DNA of 64,000 nt from Asterias rubens (GCF_902459465.1 NC_047076.1:1426001-1490000); one strand, 5' to 3'. Positions 11,916-25,736 are shown, counted from the first letter of the stretch. Notes: generated by a model not told the origin, from the sequence alone. Numbers and translations are program-made.

Positions 11916-14759
11916 ATGATTTTAGTATGTTTCAGAGTGTTTAATACATGTACACAACAGTAATTACTTTATACGAGCAAATCCAAACAGGCCACAAGAG
12001 GGCCTCCTTCGCTTTTCACATCAAGCCAAACTGAGACCGGGTATTGATCATGTGACCTCTGGGGCCTCTTTCATTGATTGAACTTCCGCAATGCAGCACT
12101 CTTGAGATGGGAAAGGGTTGTGTGCTTCAATCGCTATAGTCAATGTCGTTATGCAGATGCACTAGCAAGACAGCAAATTTCTCCATCAAGCAAGTCATGC
12201 TGGGAAACAAAACTCGCACTGTAACCTAAGATAGAGTCTAGCAATGTAATTATACAAAGGAGCAGTGGTTAAATTTCAGCAGAAACTCCGCCAGACTAAA
12301 CGTCTTGCTGACCATCGGCAGGGCTAGAAACTAACACTGGACCACAGGCCTGAAGCAAGTGATTTTAGCAAGCGGACATGCGGGTGTCCCTTCCATGACA
12401 AGACAGGTCAACTTGAAAAACGACATTTTGAGAAAAGCAAGTACGGAGCTGTTTTGCTGTTCTGCCAAATGGGTATGAAGAAAGTGTAAAAAGAGGCTGA
12501 GATAGGATGTGTTATACCTCCATGGTTATACAAACAACCATACAATGTGTGTAGCCTTCAAAACTTTGAAATGGAAAAAAAAATAATAAATACAATCAGA
12601 CATATATATATTCACATCCATACAATAGTAGGCCTTTGCCTTTTGAACTTTAAAAATGGAAAAAAAAACTCAATTTACCAAGAAATGATCTTTAAACATG
12701 TTGCCATGGGAGGCCCACGCACTGGTGTTTTCTTTTGAATGTCAATAGGCTACATAATTGTGTAATTTGTGAAAAGATGTTGACTATGAATTTGATTAAG
12801 AATTCTGTTGAGTATTTGATTACACAGTTTACCATCGAACTGTTTTCTACTGTTGTCTTTTTTCTTTTTGCTGTTGTCTTTGTTTCTTGGTTCTCTTTTG
12901 ATGTGCGATCAAGGGTCTTTTCGTGGGCCTGCGTTTCTGTTCGGGGTTTCCCTTTTGCACCAAGTTGTATTTTGATGTTTGTTCAATAAAGTTAATAAAC
13001 TAAACTAAACTTTCAGAGAATTATATTTAGTTGAAGCAGACGATGGTCACTTTTCAGATGATGCAATCGCGATGGTCAGTCAAAGTAATGGTCAGTCATG
13101 GTCAGTAATGAGGCACCATTACTGAAGCTTTTGTCCCTTCCTCTAAACAAATCACTCAAGAAAACCCCAAATTGTCACGGTTGATCAGAGACCAGAGCTG
13201 AGATTGTGTCTCTTCCAAGGGAAAATTTAAACAAATAGGAAAAACACTTCAAGCTATCAAGTGTTTTGACTCTTTTCCACACAGCACAGGCCTCCGAAAG
13301 TAAGTATTCTTCAGTTGTCGGCCTTCTCCGGCCTCGAAACATCAGACGAATACAAATGACCTGATGGATCTGGGGTGACATTGTGGTCAAGTATTGAGGT
13401 CAAGTGTCAAGTGCCAGAACTCAACGATAATGAGAAGCCGAGGTCGTGTCGTTGAAGAGACTCGATAGGGTGGTCGAGATTCAACAGGGCTTTTTTTTCC
13501 ACACAGAGAATGAGAAAGTACCGAGTTTGCAGTGCTTACACTCATCGGTGGAATAATATAGACAAAGACTTGAAATGCCCACATAATGCAACTTGCTGGG
13601 TGATCAAGGCGCAGTCAAACCAAAAACAAAACAAAAGAAAACAGACACAACTCAATTAGTCCTTGAAAACCTGTGACATAAGACAAGTTTTGAGAAGAGA
13701 TTTGAATTTTGTGGTACAAAGACAAGATCTAAGATTAAATGGTAGAGAGTTCCAGATGTATGGTGCAGCTGAAGAAAAAGACCTGTCACCCCATGAGTGT
13801 CCAGACTTGGGTTCAATGAGAAGAAGCATGGAATATCGAAGATTCCTTGATGGAGTGTAATATTGAGTATAAGGGGTAAACCAAATAATCTTTGTCCCCC
13901 ACGCAAATTAATTTTAAGCTAACAGCAGGCTGGACAAACTAATTCATTTATTTCTTCTACAAGTGGTCTTCTTAAAACCAAATTTGTCAAATGTCATATT
14001 TATTTCTTCAAGAAATATCAACATCATCAAGATCGTCATTATTAAGATCATCCCACATCATTCCTCCGGCAAGACAACAATTCAAAACCAAGATAATAAT
14101 CAAGACTCAGATTTTGTTATTCTATTTGCCTTCTCTCCCCACGATGACTCCAAATTGGCGACTGCTTTAACCCCCGTCAGCTACCGAGGGAAAAAAATGT
14201 CACGACTACTGGTTTAGATTACGGGAGAAATCAACACTGGCCCCAATGCTTGGTTACCCACACTCAATGATATCCATCTCACTGGTGCCCTTCAACCATG
14301 AGGCTTCTTCACACCACATAATGGGACATTACTTAATAAACCTATCCCCCGAGATAAGACATTTTCTTTCACGGTTTTTGCTTTTTCTTAAACTCTGATG
14401 TATTCTTTGAGAGGGTCTGGTGAAAGTGCAGTTTGACATGGACGTGACCCGTTGCTGTGAATCAATGATTGAGTCTATTTTGGGTGCAAGCTTCCAAAGG
14501 TCTTTGAAAACAGACAGAGTCCAATGGTTAAAGAGGTGAGAGTACTTACAAATGGATGGTATGTGTGAATGACTTGACGTGAATGATTACTTATGCATAC
14601 ATCCACATCATGAATATTCATTGGGTATTATGATATATGGCTGAACTTGACGGTTACATAGATGATTACAATGTGGTTTAACACTTGGCCAGTTGAGGGC
14701 GGTATTTAATAATAATAGTTGTCACGTTGTATTTTGATGAATATTTGTTATAAAAAATA

Positions 14760-15075
14760 TGTTGTGGCCAAGCGGTTAAGAGCACTGAACCAGGCTTTGG
14801 TGTTTCTGATCAGCAGAGTATGGGGTCAAGTCCCAGTCTTTTTACTTGTTTCCTTGAGCAAGACACTTTTAACCATTACTGCTTTGTCCTCCTGATGGGA
14901 CCTTAAAGCCGTACACATCCCGTGGGTTGTGTAATGCACATAAAAGAACCCAGTGCACTGATCGCTGAGAGAAGGGTTTTGCCCCGGTGTTTCTGCCACT
15001 GGCTGCTGAATGCACTGCAGCATCTTGTAACCCCTTATAAGGTGCTACATAAAAATGGTCTCATAATTCAAACAA
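14760..15075 (+). mobile_element. tRNA-derived SINE, near full length
   Basis: A box TGGCCAAGCGGTTAAGA, B-box-like GGTCAAGTCCC, CORE/V-SINE-like CCTTGAGCAAGACACT, 3' body GGTCTCATAATT. Confidence 0.8.
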
Positions 15076-15161
15076 TTTCAAAAACCTGTATTAAATATCT
15101 GGCCTAGTGAGTAATATTCTTAAATTATTTTTTAACACTATGTAAATAACTCCTGGCTTAC

Positions 15162-15276
15162 CCAGACTGAAGAGCAATGAAGACATATCCGCTTGGAGCA
15201 AACGTCGTCGGCTTCAAGGTGGTCAGAACCGCTGGGGTCTTGTCCTTCCCAGAAAGCTCTGGTATTGCCGTGGCAA
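15162..15276 (-). CDS. PTPRN: IA-2/PTPRN-like exon 8 (VATAIPELSGKDK...PSGYVFIALQSG)
   Basis: ttttgatccag acceptor, GG|GTAAGC donor, phase 1 to 2; GYVFI matches the start of the IA-2 juxtamembrane ectodomain. Confidence 0.85.
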
Positions 15277-16624
15277 CTGGATCAAAACATAAGAAAAACA
15301 CTAGTTGTTAAAATGACGTTTATCATTCAAAATCTGAAAGCAATCAAACCAGCACCAGAATGAAAGGTTTAAGAGAGAAGACAATCAACCATGGACACCC
15401 AAACACTTAAGTGAGTGGTGAGGAATTTCATCAAGAAATTTCACATAAATCTTTGCAAACTGCAAGTTTTTATACATGTACTGTAAAGAACACAGAGACA
15501 AAGCACCTCAAGAAATCAGTTCAGATGGGGCTCTAAGTGGGAGGACTACTTTAAGGGAAAAGTATACCGTTTTTTTGCGCGCAATTTTTTTTTTGTAGTC
15601 TTATAGAAATGTATACAATAAAACTAACCAGTGAAAATTCCAAAAGGTAGTAGCATTTTTGAAATCGCTGAAAAACGTTTCTCAGATTGTATCGATATAG
15701 AAGGAAGTTGTTCTTTTAAAATGTAATACATAGTCAACAGCTACAGCGCTTCTTCCAAACTAAGTTTTTTTTATGGGGAATAATGTTGAAGGAATTACCA
15801 AAGGTATACCCCACCACGCTTTTGATTAAATGTGACCCAAAAAATACCTTTCGGAACACCACCACCTGCAACATATACTTCAATTTAAACCAGTCAATAT
15901 TTCAAAATCGTCCATTGCATCTAAAATAAAGTCCAACTCTGGAACATTTCCAACATGCAGTCTATGTTTCACTCCCATCACCAAAAGAAGCATCAAAATA
16001 TCATTCTGTAAAATCACTTACACTGAGCGTGTGGAGTCCAAAACTGATTCCTTAGCAAAGTTGTTTACAAGTGGGAAAAGTTTGGATAATGTTAAGTCAT
16101 TTTTTATTTGTTTAATGGTAGGAAAAAGGGTTTGAGAAATTGCTGTCAAAAGTGGAAGATTGTTCAAAATATTTCTTCAAAAGCATATTTCTGGAAATGA
16201 AATAGATTGAAATATAATTTATGTTGATTTGAACAAGTCAATTTGATCTCAGCCCCCGCTCCCAACCTTTCCCAAAACAAAACGACATAAAATATCTATC
16301 AAATAAAATGACTGACCTCCCCCACTCTTCCTTCAAGCGCCTTGAGCACCTTATTGGTGGGTACGTGCAATGTAAGACTGCGTTATTATTATCAGCTATA
16401 CATACAATGTATGCAAAAATAGAGTCTCGCACACAGTCCAACTGTCAATTTGTTTCTTTTGGTTGCTTGTGGTTAAAAATTAACCCAGTCCTCTGCTCTC
16501 TGACACACTTGGAACGTTGTAAATAAATCAGAGACGGGCAATCACAGTAGGACATGAAGACTCTGGAGAGCTAAGACTTGATTTAGGCTGAAAGATGATC
16601 AAACAAAATCAATGCCCCTTATCG

Positions 16625-16870
16625 TTGCCTTGATGCCTCTGTTCATTGCATTGGTGCCCCTGGTCTTTGTCTTGGGCCCCTGGTCATTGCATTGGTGCCC
16701 CTGGTCTTTGCCTTGATGCCTCTGGTCATTGCATTGGTGCCCCTGGTCTTTGTCTTGGGCCCCTGGCCATTGCATTGGTGCCCCTGGTCTTTGCCTTGAT
16801 GCCTCTGGTCATTGCATTGGTGCCCCATGTCTTTGTCTTGGGCCCCTGGTCATTGCCTTGATTGATGCCC
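16625..16870. repeat. Hierarchical tandem repeat, 83-nt period built from 41+42-nt halves
   Basis: Direct reading; duplicate track ORFs offset by exactly 83 nt. Confidence 0.9.
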
Positions 16871-17667
16871 CTTGCCATTGCCTTAGTACTACTCTTCATT
16901 TCTGTGGCGCCCATTCAAATGTTCCAGTAGATATTTCCGTCTCCATCTCAGAGATGCCCTTTATCAACTTGATAAATGCCAGGCAGCCTTGCCCTTACAG
17001 AACCAAAGATCCCACCTGCTGAGTCGAGTACGCTCACCCTTTTTGCCTCATTCCTTGCAAATTGCTCCAAGTGTGCAATCAGCAAGAAATCAATACTAAG
17101 CTCCATCTTTAGAAACCAAAGTCAGAGAGATTCTCTCATTTCTCGCTCCTTTAAGTTTGGATAAGTACTCCACTTATTAGATTGCCATCTTAAAGACAAA
17201 GTTTTTACTGTATGCGAGCATTCAAATTACCCTTTTTGGGATCTAATAAAGATTAGTTGAATTGAATTGAAATGAAATGAATTGTTTTCTAACCATTTGA
17301 TTGTTTTAATCCTAATGTAGATGTATATAATAAAACTAAAATGTGAAAATTTGATTTTGATTTTCGAAGTCACATTTTTGACATATCGCTGAAAAACCAG
17401 AGCAAACATGTCCACCCAGAAAGAATGTTCCCTAATCGGAGAAACGTTACTGACAGTAACACTTGTCAGATTAAACTTTTGGGGCATAAAAACTGATGTA
17501 TCTTTTTACATAACCACCAAGTGATAGTTTCCCAAAATGCTGTAAATTACCAAAAGCCGCTGTAGGCTTTTATATAACACCCAAGCAGATCCTTGCCATT
17601 TGATTGGAGGATTGTCCGTCACGTGATAGCAAATAAAAGTACCATTGCACGCTGAGTCACTCACCGT

Positions 17668-17744
17668 GCTTTTTCGTTCCATCCGAAAAGTACCATTGCA
17701 CGCTGGCAGCGTGCAATGGTACTTTTCGGATGGAACGAAAAAGC
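17668..17744. repeat. Perfect palindrome, 38-bp arms with 1-nt spacer
   Basis: 17668-17705 is the exact reverse complement of 17707-17744. Confidence 0.92.
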
Positions 17745-17904
17745 TGAGTAAAAACATCACTGCGTGCGCGTGTCTTTGGTAACGCAGCAGGTGTTACTGC
17801 AAGAAGGCATAGTAAAATTACTAGCATTCGGCTTCTACAGTTGAAATTGTTTGTTTTGAAAGTTGTATCTTTCAATCAAAATGACAAAGATCTACTTGGA
17901 TGTT

Positions 17905-18080
17905 ATATAAAACAAATAATGAATGTTTTTCATTCGTGCAATGGTGCGAATATGTTCATTCGTTGAAAGCTGGAATATTCCATTCAACTCGGCTCCGCCT
18001 CGTTGAATAGAACATTCCATCTTTCAACTCATGAACATATTCGCACCATTGCACTCATAAACATTCATTATGTGTATACT
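17905..18080. repeat. Imperfect fold-back element, about 80-bp arms
   Basis: GTGCAATGGTGCGAATATGTTCAT pairs with ATGAACATATTCGCACCATTGCAC. Confidence 0.8.
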
Positions 18081-18285
18081 AACCAACAGTTTTTATTGCC
18101 ATTGATTTTAAGAGTGATTACAAAAGAGTGACATTGCCTTCCCTTTAATGAGCTGAAGGGGAAGCTGATTTTTAATAGGAACCCAGGGGCAATTCTTCCG
18201 GAACACTGAAGTCAAATTACTGGATTTACAGGTGTATGTTAATACAAGCTGCCTGCGATTAAATGGATTTGTGGGAAGGCATCTC

Positions 18286-18489
18286 CAGGGTCCAATTTCA
18301 TGAAGCTGTTAACATGAGCAGAAAATTCCGCTAAGCAAGAAATACGGCTAAGCAAGAAATGACCTGGTACTACCATTCGCAGCAATTGTAATTGTAACTG
18401 GCTGGTAACCTCTACTTGCTAAGCAACTTAAAGGTAATTGTTTGCTAAGCAAGTTTTTGTGCTTACGGGCTTTATGAATTTGGGCCCAG
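18286..18489. mobile_element. PIF/Harbinger-like MITE
   Basis: TIR GGNCCAATTTCAT, CAG duplicated on both sides; relatives near 7645-7800, 18490-18620, 46130-46220, 54700-54900. Confidence 0.65.
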
Positions 18490-18737
18490 AAAAGTCTTGC
18501 TTAGCAATAACCAGATTACCAGCCACAATAGCATGAGGTTTGCATTATTGTGATTGGTGCTTAGCAAAGACACTTGGCAATCAGTATTTTATAATAAACA
18601 GCTTTATGAAATTGGGTGCAGACCAATGTAGAAAGGAAAACTGCAAGCACACCGTGTCAAAGAAAGATGAGTGATGAGAGGCAGGGGTTGGAGTGGAGTG
18701 GTTTCAGGACATGTGAATATAAACATACACTTGCCTT

Positions 18738-19117
18738 TTAAAGGCACTGTACACGTTGGGTAATTGTCAAAGACCAGTGTTCTCACTTGGTGTATCCCAT
18801 CATATGCATAAAATAACAAGCCTGTGAAAATTGTGGCTCTATCGGTCATTGAAGGTGCGAGAAAATGATGAAAAAAAAACACCCTTGTTGGACGAATTTG
18901 TGTGCTTTCAAATTGCAATAAAAGACTTCTAGCCAAAAGTCTTTTATTATTTTAGTGAGAAATTACCTCTTTCTCAAAAACTATGTTACTTCAGATGGAG
19001 TCATTTCCCACAATGCCTTATACTAACAACAGCTCTCCAATGCTCGTTACCAAGTCTGTTTGTAAGTTAATATTATAATTTGTTTTGAGTAATTACCAAC
19101 ATGTACCTTCCCTTTAA
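18738..19117. mobile_element. Kolobok-like MITE, family A sub-variant
   Basis: TTAA|AGGCACTGTACACG...TGTACCTTCCCT|TTAA; body shared with family A. Confidence 0.8.
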
Positions 19118-21107
19118 ATACGTACATGACCACAACAGATCCATCAGTTCAGAAGAAAAACTGTCAAGTAATGACTATTATTCCAGAAAGCTGGCAACAT
19201 GATGTGAACCAGTGAAACAAGTACCAGTCTAGCATGGTGTTTTATCACTGGTCTCCCTCCTCAAGGGAACTGGATTAACCAGTGTAGAGATTCATCTGTG
19301 TACAGAAACGAGCGCTGATGAAAAAGACGAACATGTGTGGCGCCGATCACCCAAACACAAACTTATGGCATGGGTACCGTCAATCACTGTTTAACTTAAT
19401 GTTCTATCCACACAAACTGGCATAGGAACCAGTTAAATCAACGTTGTATGAAATCTGGAGTACCCTTGAAAGGAAGACCGACAAGTTCCTCAAAGATTTA
19501 AATTTGTCAGAAGAAAGGTCAACAAGCAGGCCCTCTCAACAAATCGGGAAAACACCAAAATGAGAGTATTGCTGATCAACAACTAGTAGGGATGCGAATG
19601 AGAGGCTGTTACCAGTAACTGTTTCAAGCAATGGCAAATGATCAACCAACAGCAAGTTCAACCGAAACAGTTCTTGGTTCTGAATGAGAAAACGCACCCT
19701 AGACAATGCGAGAAGGACATGGATAAGCCCAAATAATATCATCAGTGGTCCAGAAAAGCATCAATGAGGAACGATATCAAAATGCAAACTCGTGGTACAT
19801 GTACCAGCTAGGCATAGCTGATCAGTAATGGTGAGAAACACCGCTCCTTAGGGACCGATTAGCCTTGATAGGCTGGGGTGTCCATGGATCATGGGCGGAG
19901 GGTCTCGCATGATAAGCAGACAAAATGGTGATCAGCAAACACAAGATGAATCGTGATGAAGTCTTGGTGTGTTTCCTCAAGACAACTTTCAGGAGATGAT
20001 ATTCATAAGTTGGCTGTGATGAGAACCTCAATAATGTACCTTGGTTATCAGTTTCCTTCTTTAAGAAGGTGCAAACTTAGAACCACACTGACTTTCATTT
20101 CATTTGATTTAATTTATTCTGGTTGGTGAAACCAAAAACTCTCAGAAAAGCAAACTTAATCACTGTACTGACCAAGAAAACCATGGAGAGAAGACAAAAA
20201 AAGGAAATTTTAATTTTACATATATATGGGAGAAAAACCCAAGATAATTTATCAAGGGAAAACCCACCCAATCTGGTAGGGACTGAAAACCCTATCCTTA
20301 CATGTACACAGTGCATCCTCCGATTTCATGGTACCCGATGTTCACTAGTTAAAACTCATGAGTCTACGAAAAATAGGTTTGAAGATTCCTTTAACTACAC
20401 AGACACTTAAAAGACACAAGATTGGCCACACTTCATGAACATGCAGTCTACTCACCCTAAATATTCACACATATTGTACGTATGTAGTCAATAGCGCCCT
20501 CGCTAGCCAATAAATCATCAGTTTTATGAGCAATCTATTTTAATGAGAATCCTACATGCTTTAAAACCCTCCAACGTGGCACTTATTCGGTCCCAATGGA
20601 CTCACCCTCATCACAATGTAAGCACTTTGTTTCTGAACATTTTTCATCGGTTAGGGGGTCCGCTATGAACATTTTTCATCGGTTAGGGGGTCCGCTGTGC
20701 ACTTCTTAACAACTTTATTTACATGTGTATCTGGCATGTCTGGATACTGTCTGGGTTATTTGGACTTTCATTGACAATCTGAACACGTACACAAGGCTGC
20801 TGGCAGACTTTTTCCTTGCCCCTATCATTATTGTCTTGTTATTTATCACATAAATTCCAAAACTTTCAAAGGTCAATTTCAAACTGCTTAGGCTTATAAG
20901 CAGAAAATATAGCTAAAAAATTGTATTTGATAAGCAGAAAATAGCAAGAAACCAGTCAACGTTTATGTTCATCACAGTGTATTTTGGCTGGTCACCCATT
21001 TCTACTAAGCAAGAATATATCAAACCCTCGCTTAATAAACTAATCTGAGTGGTTTATCAGCATAAAAAAAAACATGAAAACAAAGAATGAGATTTTATCT
21101 TACGTAC

Positions 21108-21209
21108 CATCATCCTTCTTGGCGAGGTCAACAGGCACGTTGACCCCTGATTCCTTGGGCTGCTTCAAGGGTTCAACGAACTCTTGTCCTGGCTCACCCA
21201 CTCCTTTAC
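21108..21209 (-). CDS. PTPRN: IA-2/PTPRN-like exon 7 (GKGVGEPGQEF...VDLAKKDD)
   Basis: cattttcag acceptor, ATG|GTACGT donor, 102 nt phase 1 to 1; KK dibasic site near the end. Confidence 0.85.
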
Positions 21210-22669
21210 CTGAAAATGAAGTGAAAATAAAACGTTAGGAAGATTGTTCGATATTTTGTTTGCTTGCTTCCTTAATGGAACATTTTAAATGTAGGGTCAT
21301 CGATTGGTTACAACTCCAAACATGTATACACGTAGTTTGAGAGAATTTCCTTTGAAGTAATACAGTTTGGATAACTTTTTAGCCCCCCAAAAACATTTAA
21401 ATGTAATAAATGATTCATAGATGAATGGTTTCTCTAACATTTCTAAGGGTTGGTGTTCATTTGGGTATACTGTTGCCAGAGCTAAAAATCTACCTGCTGT
21501 CACTCACTAAACATGGATGGATTTAACTTTCTTGTGAACATTTTGTGACAGTTTATTTATGGGGTTTTTTTCTAAGCAATTAGACACTGTATTCAGCTTA
21601 TTCTTTCACTTGTGACTTTTAATGCAAATTTCTTAATAATTTGTTGAAAGCAATAGAATGATGAAAATAATAGTTCATGTCTACACCTCTAAGATGTTTA
21701 TTGTGGTTCTTAATTCCATTCAATTGAATCTAAACCACAGAGTGTGCTTTGCTGGTCGTAACCAAAAACTGTTTCGGTCATTGGCCAGTGTTTAACCAAT
21801 GGCCAATCCAACCCAAAAAGTTATTGATTACAGGCCATCAAAACGCACCCTGCATGTACATGTAGGTTAGAAGGGAAATGTAGTCAGATCCCGTATATAA
21901 TTTATACCTGCTATAGTTATTTGTGTAGTCAGGAATACTGACCAAAATGGCTTCTGTAAAATCAAGGACTGTGAAATTTCTCCTTGTAGTTTTGTTTCTG
22001 CATGGTTGCACTTGATCACACCTCACATCCTTCATAAATTATGATTATATATACTCCAGTTATTTATGAAATCAAATGCAACAAAGGTGTGTGAAAAAAT
22101 ATGACAATTTCACAGCACAGCGATGGAAAAACTGATCATGGAGAATACCGGTGCAAAGAGAAGGCTAGAGTGTTACTGTGTTAAGGGCAATAAGGACAAG
22201 TACGCCTCGAGGGATAGTGGTGGTGAAACGCTGTTTATTTCCTTCGGAGTTCATCTCTCTTTTTTTCTCTTTTTTTTTTCCATTTTTTTTTCAGGTCATG
22301 AAACAAATAAGCTGAGTTGTGTGTTTCCAGCACAGAAATGTGAAGGTATGAACAAAATATGAAGAGAAATTGGTGATGAAATTTGTGTACTTTGTGACAA
22401 ATTTTGTGTATTTGTCCAGAGTTGGCTTTAGTGGGCAGCTTGTATCATTGAGCACTGTATAATTAAGTGTATGAGAAAAATTATTTTCAAATTCTTTCCA
22501 ATAGAATGATTGCGCATGATGTCATTTACCGCCATCTTTGATGACAAAAATGGATAAATGTGCAAGTGTGTACACGCTGCACACGACTCACAGCTAATGA
22601 TAGCTTTTTATGCTTGTATGTTTCATCAAAGACGGTACAATAGCCTTCTTCGGCTTCCAACCATCTCAC

Positions 22670-22873
22670 CTTTAGCCTCTGCAGCCTCCTCCTGATCCGC
22701 CTCTCCTCCCTTCTTCTCCTTCACATCTCCTTCTTCTTGCTCTTCCTCCGAGATGTCCGCCTCCTTGAAGTACAACTTGAAGAACTCATCCATCACTCTG
22801 TCTTTCTCTTCCTCTGGTAGGGAGTTCCAGTAGTTCCCATCAAGGCTGTCTAAGATGACATCCACGATGTCTT
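22670..22873 (-). CDS. PTPRN: IA-2/PTPRN-like exon 6 (EDIVDVILDSLDGNYWNSLPEEEK...AAEAK)
   Basis: ccttttcag acceptor, AAG|GTGAGA donor, 204 nt phase 1 to 1; inside track ORF 22626..22889. Confidence 0.88.
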
Positions 22874-23515
22874 CTGAAAAGGAAGACATTTCAGCATGTT
22901 TGTTATTTTGAAGACGGACCGTGCACAGTGATCATAGCAAAAACCGGCACTTCTTAGAGCAACCAATACTCACAAAAGAGATTTCTTACATGGTGTCACC
23001 ATACACCATTCACTACACCATAATTAACTCTCTATTCTTTTTCAGCGCTTTGATCTTCCTGTTAAAACATTTTTTTAAATAATAACAAGGGAATAAATAT
23101 GTGCTTGGTCGGTTTTAAACACTCTGTTTAATACCGGTTGCAGTCTGGAGTCGAAAATTACCCCGAGCAAAAAAAACGCAAAAAATTGTAATTGTTCAAT
23201 GACTTCTTTCAAAAAAACACCCCTCCAGCTATGAAAAGGTAAGGCCCTCTGGTGTAAACTCCTTATAAGGAGATTGGCGAGCGTGTTGCGCGTATCACGT
23301 GATGTGGCCCAGGTGGTCCAGCCGTTGTTCTCGACCAATAGGAATGAATAAACTGTCTTATAAGCACAGGTGCAAGCTCGCGTGTCACGCCCATGTTTAA
23401 ACACGTTTTACTGGTGTTATATCATCCGTTCAAACAACCCGACGTGATGCCCTCTCGACCAATCCTAATAGATAAACTGTCTTAGGTATTTATGAATAAT
23501 TATTATTCGATCTAC

Positions 23516-23705
23516 CTTTCTCTTCTGCTCCTTCATCCTGTACCTCCTCACCCACTTCCTCCTCTTCTGGCACTGCATCCTCAGTAAGTATCTCATTGAG
23601 GAACTCATCATTCCAATTCTCCTGGTAGGAGAAGGTTGACTGCATCAAGTCCTCAGAACCTTCATCTGATGGTGCAAGATCATCTTGATTCTCATTGTGA
23701 AGAAG
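23516..23705 (-). CDS. PTPRN: IA-2/PTPRN-like exon 5 (LLHNENQDDL...EGAEEK)
   Basis: ttcttgatag acceptor, AAG|GTAGAT donor, 190 nt phase 0 to 1, open and Glu/Asp-rich. Confidence 0.85.
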
Positions 23706-23733
23706 CTATCAAGAAACAGACAAAGAGGACATT

Positions 23734-24090
23734 TTAAGACACTGGACACTTTTGGTAATTACTCAAAAACTTAATTAGTAACAAGCAATGGAGAGCTGTT
23801 GATAGTATAAAAGAATGTAGGAAATTGCTCCGTCTGAAGCAACATAGTTTTTAAGAAGTAATTTTCCACAAAATTAGCATAACAAATCAAGCATCGAAAT
23901 CAAGCATCTGAAAGCACACAACTTTGTGTGTCAAGGGTGTTTTTTTCGTTCATTATTAATTATCTCGCAACTTTGACAACCGATTGAGCTCAAATTTTCA
24001 CAGGTTTGTTATTTTATGCGTATAGTGTTGAGATACACCAAGTGAGAAGAGTGGTCTTTGACAATTACCAATAGTGTCCGGTGTCTTTAA
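23734..24090. mobile_element. Kolobok-like MITE, family A
   Basis: TTAA flanks and TIR; lies 28 nt from the IA-2 exon 5 acceptor. Confidence 0.85.
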
Positions 24091-24242
24091 AGCAGGCCTT
24101 AAATAACCCACGGCACCCATTGCCACGGTGCCCAGTGCTTTTGTTGTGGTGCCCTTTGCAAAGTTCCAAATTACAAATTTACATTTTCCTCAGTGAAACT
24201 GCTGTGCTCCTTCAAGAGGGAAGTTCTAGGCCTGTTGGCCTG

Positions 24243-24594
24243 TTAAAGGCCGAGCGTACCTTTGGTTTTTGGAGCCATTCGATTGTTTTAATCCTAAATG
24301 TAAATACATACAATAAAACTAACATGTGAAAATTTCGGGGGGGTTTTCATCGCGTTTTTATAGATAATCGTCCAAAAATAAGGAGCAGTTATGGAAGTAA
24401 AGTCCAGGAAGCGTAACTGAAGATTCAAATATTGGGGCATTTAAACATATATCTTTTTCCATAACTACAGTATTTCTAAGTGAAATGTTTCTCAAAATGA
24501 TTTTAACAATCGAAAGCTGCTGTAGGCTTCTCACCAAAAGTTTGACGTGCATTTTATTTTAAGAGTGGTTACGAAACGGATACCTTCTCTTTAA
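24243..24594. mobile_element. Kolobok-like MITE, family D (related pieces near 2110-2345 and 15551-15830)
   Basis: TTAA|AGG start, TTAA end, shared GTACCTTTGGTTTTT...CATAACTAC body. Confidence 0.55.
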
Positions 24595-25539
24595 GGGTGA
24601 TACACATGTAGAAGCAAGTTTTTGAAATAGTGCATGTAATCCAGTAATCAATTTCAAAGAACTTCAGACTTGGGCTGTATCTGAATGGGCAACAACAGCT
24701 ACGGCTACATCTGTTGCTTAGAAGAGTGCTGCTAAGAATGTAGAATACTATTCTGCTTAGCAAAATGTTTGAATGCTTAGCAAATTCATTACTAAACCAG
24801 TCTTGTCTCAGCTGTCTGAATACAAACAAGTACATCTCATCATATTCATCTAGATTTCTCATGCTAGGCTGGAAGCGAGATGACATACTTCCCTCTGATG
24901 AGCTTCACAAAAGTAAAAAAACAAACAAAGGAGGAGTTCGAAGCCCTTCCTCCCCTCCCACAAAAGTCCTTCAGAATATTTGCAGAGGAATATTGGCCGA
25001 TATACAAACAGTAGAAATAGGACAGGCTTGGAATTATCACAACGGCAGGCAAATGTTGGCTATAGGCAGAAGGAAGCCACCCACCAGACACTTGCCCTAC
25101 TTAAAGTAGCACCGCTAGATTTTTTTGCTAAAAGACTGAACCGTGTTTTCCACGAATGAATTTTGACAGATGGTGAAACTTGAAAATAAAATAAAAACTC
25201 AATTGCGTGTTCCATGAAAAACTTAGCACAAATAGCCCAAAGGCATTTCCAAATGCGCAAAAGATTCTGAGTAATATCAGAGTCCAAGCAACACTGGCAA
25301 CCATCATGGAGCGCTGATTTCAAAGCAATCCAAGCATAACTATACAGCCTGGCATACATGTAGTTATTTTACATGTAAACTAAAGCATGGCATTCAGCTT
25401 AACAGATTGATTTTTGTTTATCTGTACTCGGTTTCCCAAGATGCATTGAGGTATATTTTTCAAGCAGGGCTTGCTTTTACATGGCTGCCAGTATTATCTA
25501 AATCATGTAAATAGCTGTAATCAGGATTTGGGATTGAAC

Positions 25540-25690
25540 AAAGGAAAATTTACTAAAGCGGGATTTGAATCAACGACTTCCGAATTAACGTGCCAGCGCT
25601 CTGTAAATTGAGCTATCTAGCCCTATGTTGGCAATCTCCTATTTTGTCAGTATCTTTATTTGGGGGTAAGTCAGAAGCCGTACAACCTTT
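25540..25690 (-). mobile_element. tRNA-derived SINE, third family (relatives about 36490-36605 and 41170-41340)
   Basis: Minus strand GGGCTAGATAGCTCAATT...GATTCAAATCCC head repeated at three loci. Confidence 0.65.
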
Positions 25691-25736
25691 AAATGGCTTG
25701 TAGCCAGGGATCACATAAGATCCATGTTTTTTTTAC

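Noticed and set aside
19130-20040. Coding-like stretch with scattered stops, possibly a decayed retroelement (similar at about 13170-14330 and 24620-25400)
   Set aside because: No RT, endonuclease, integrase or transposase motif recognisable by eye; needs TBLASTX or RepeatMasker.
24800-24870. Possible extra IA-2 exon (PSMRNLDEYDEMYLF...)
   Set aside because: Similar composition and phase-0 acceptor, but no convincing phase-0 donor.
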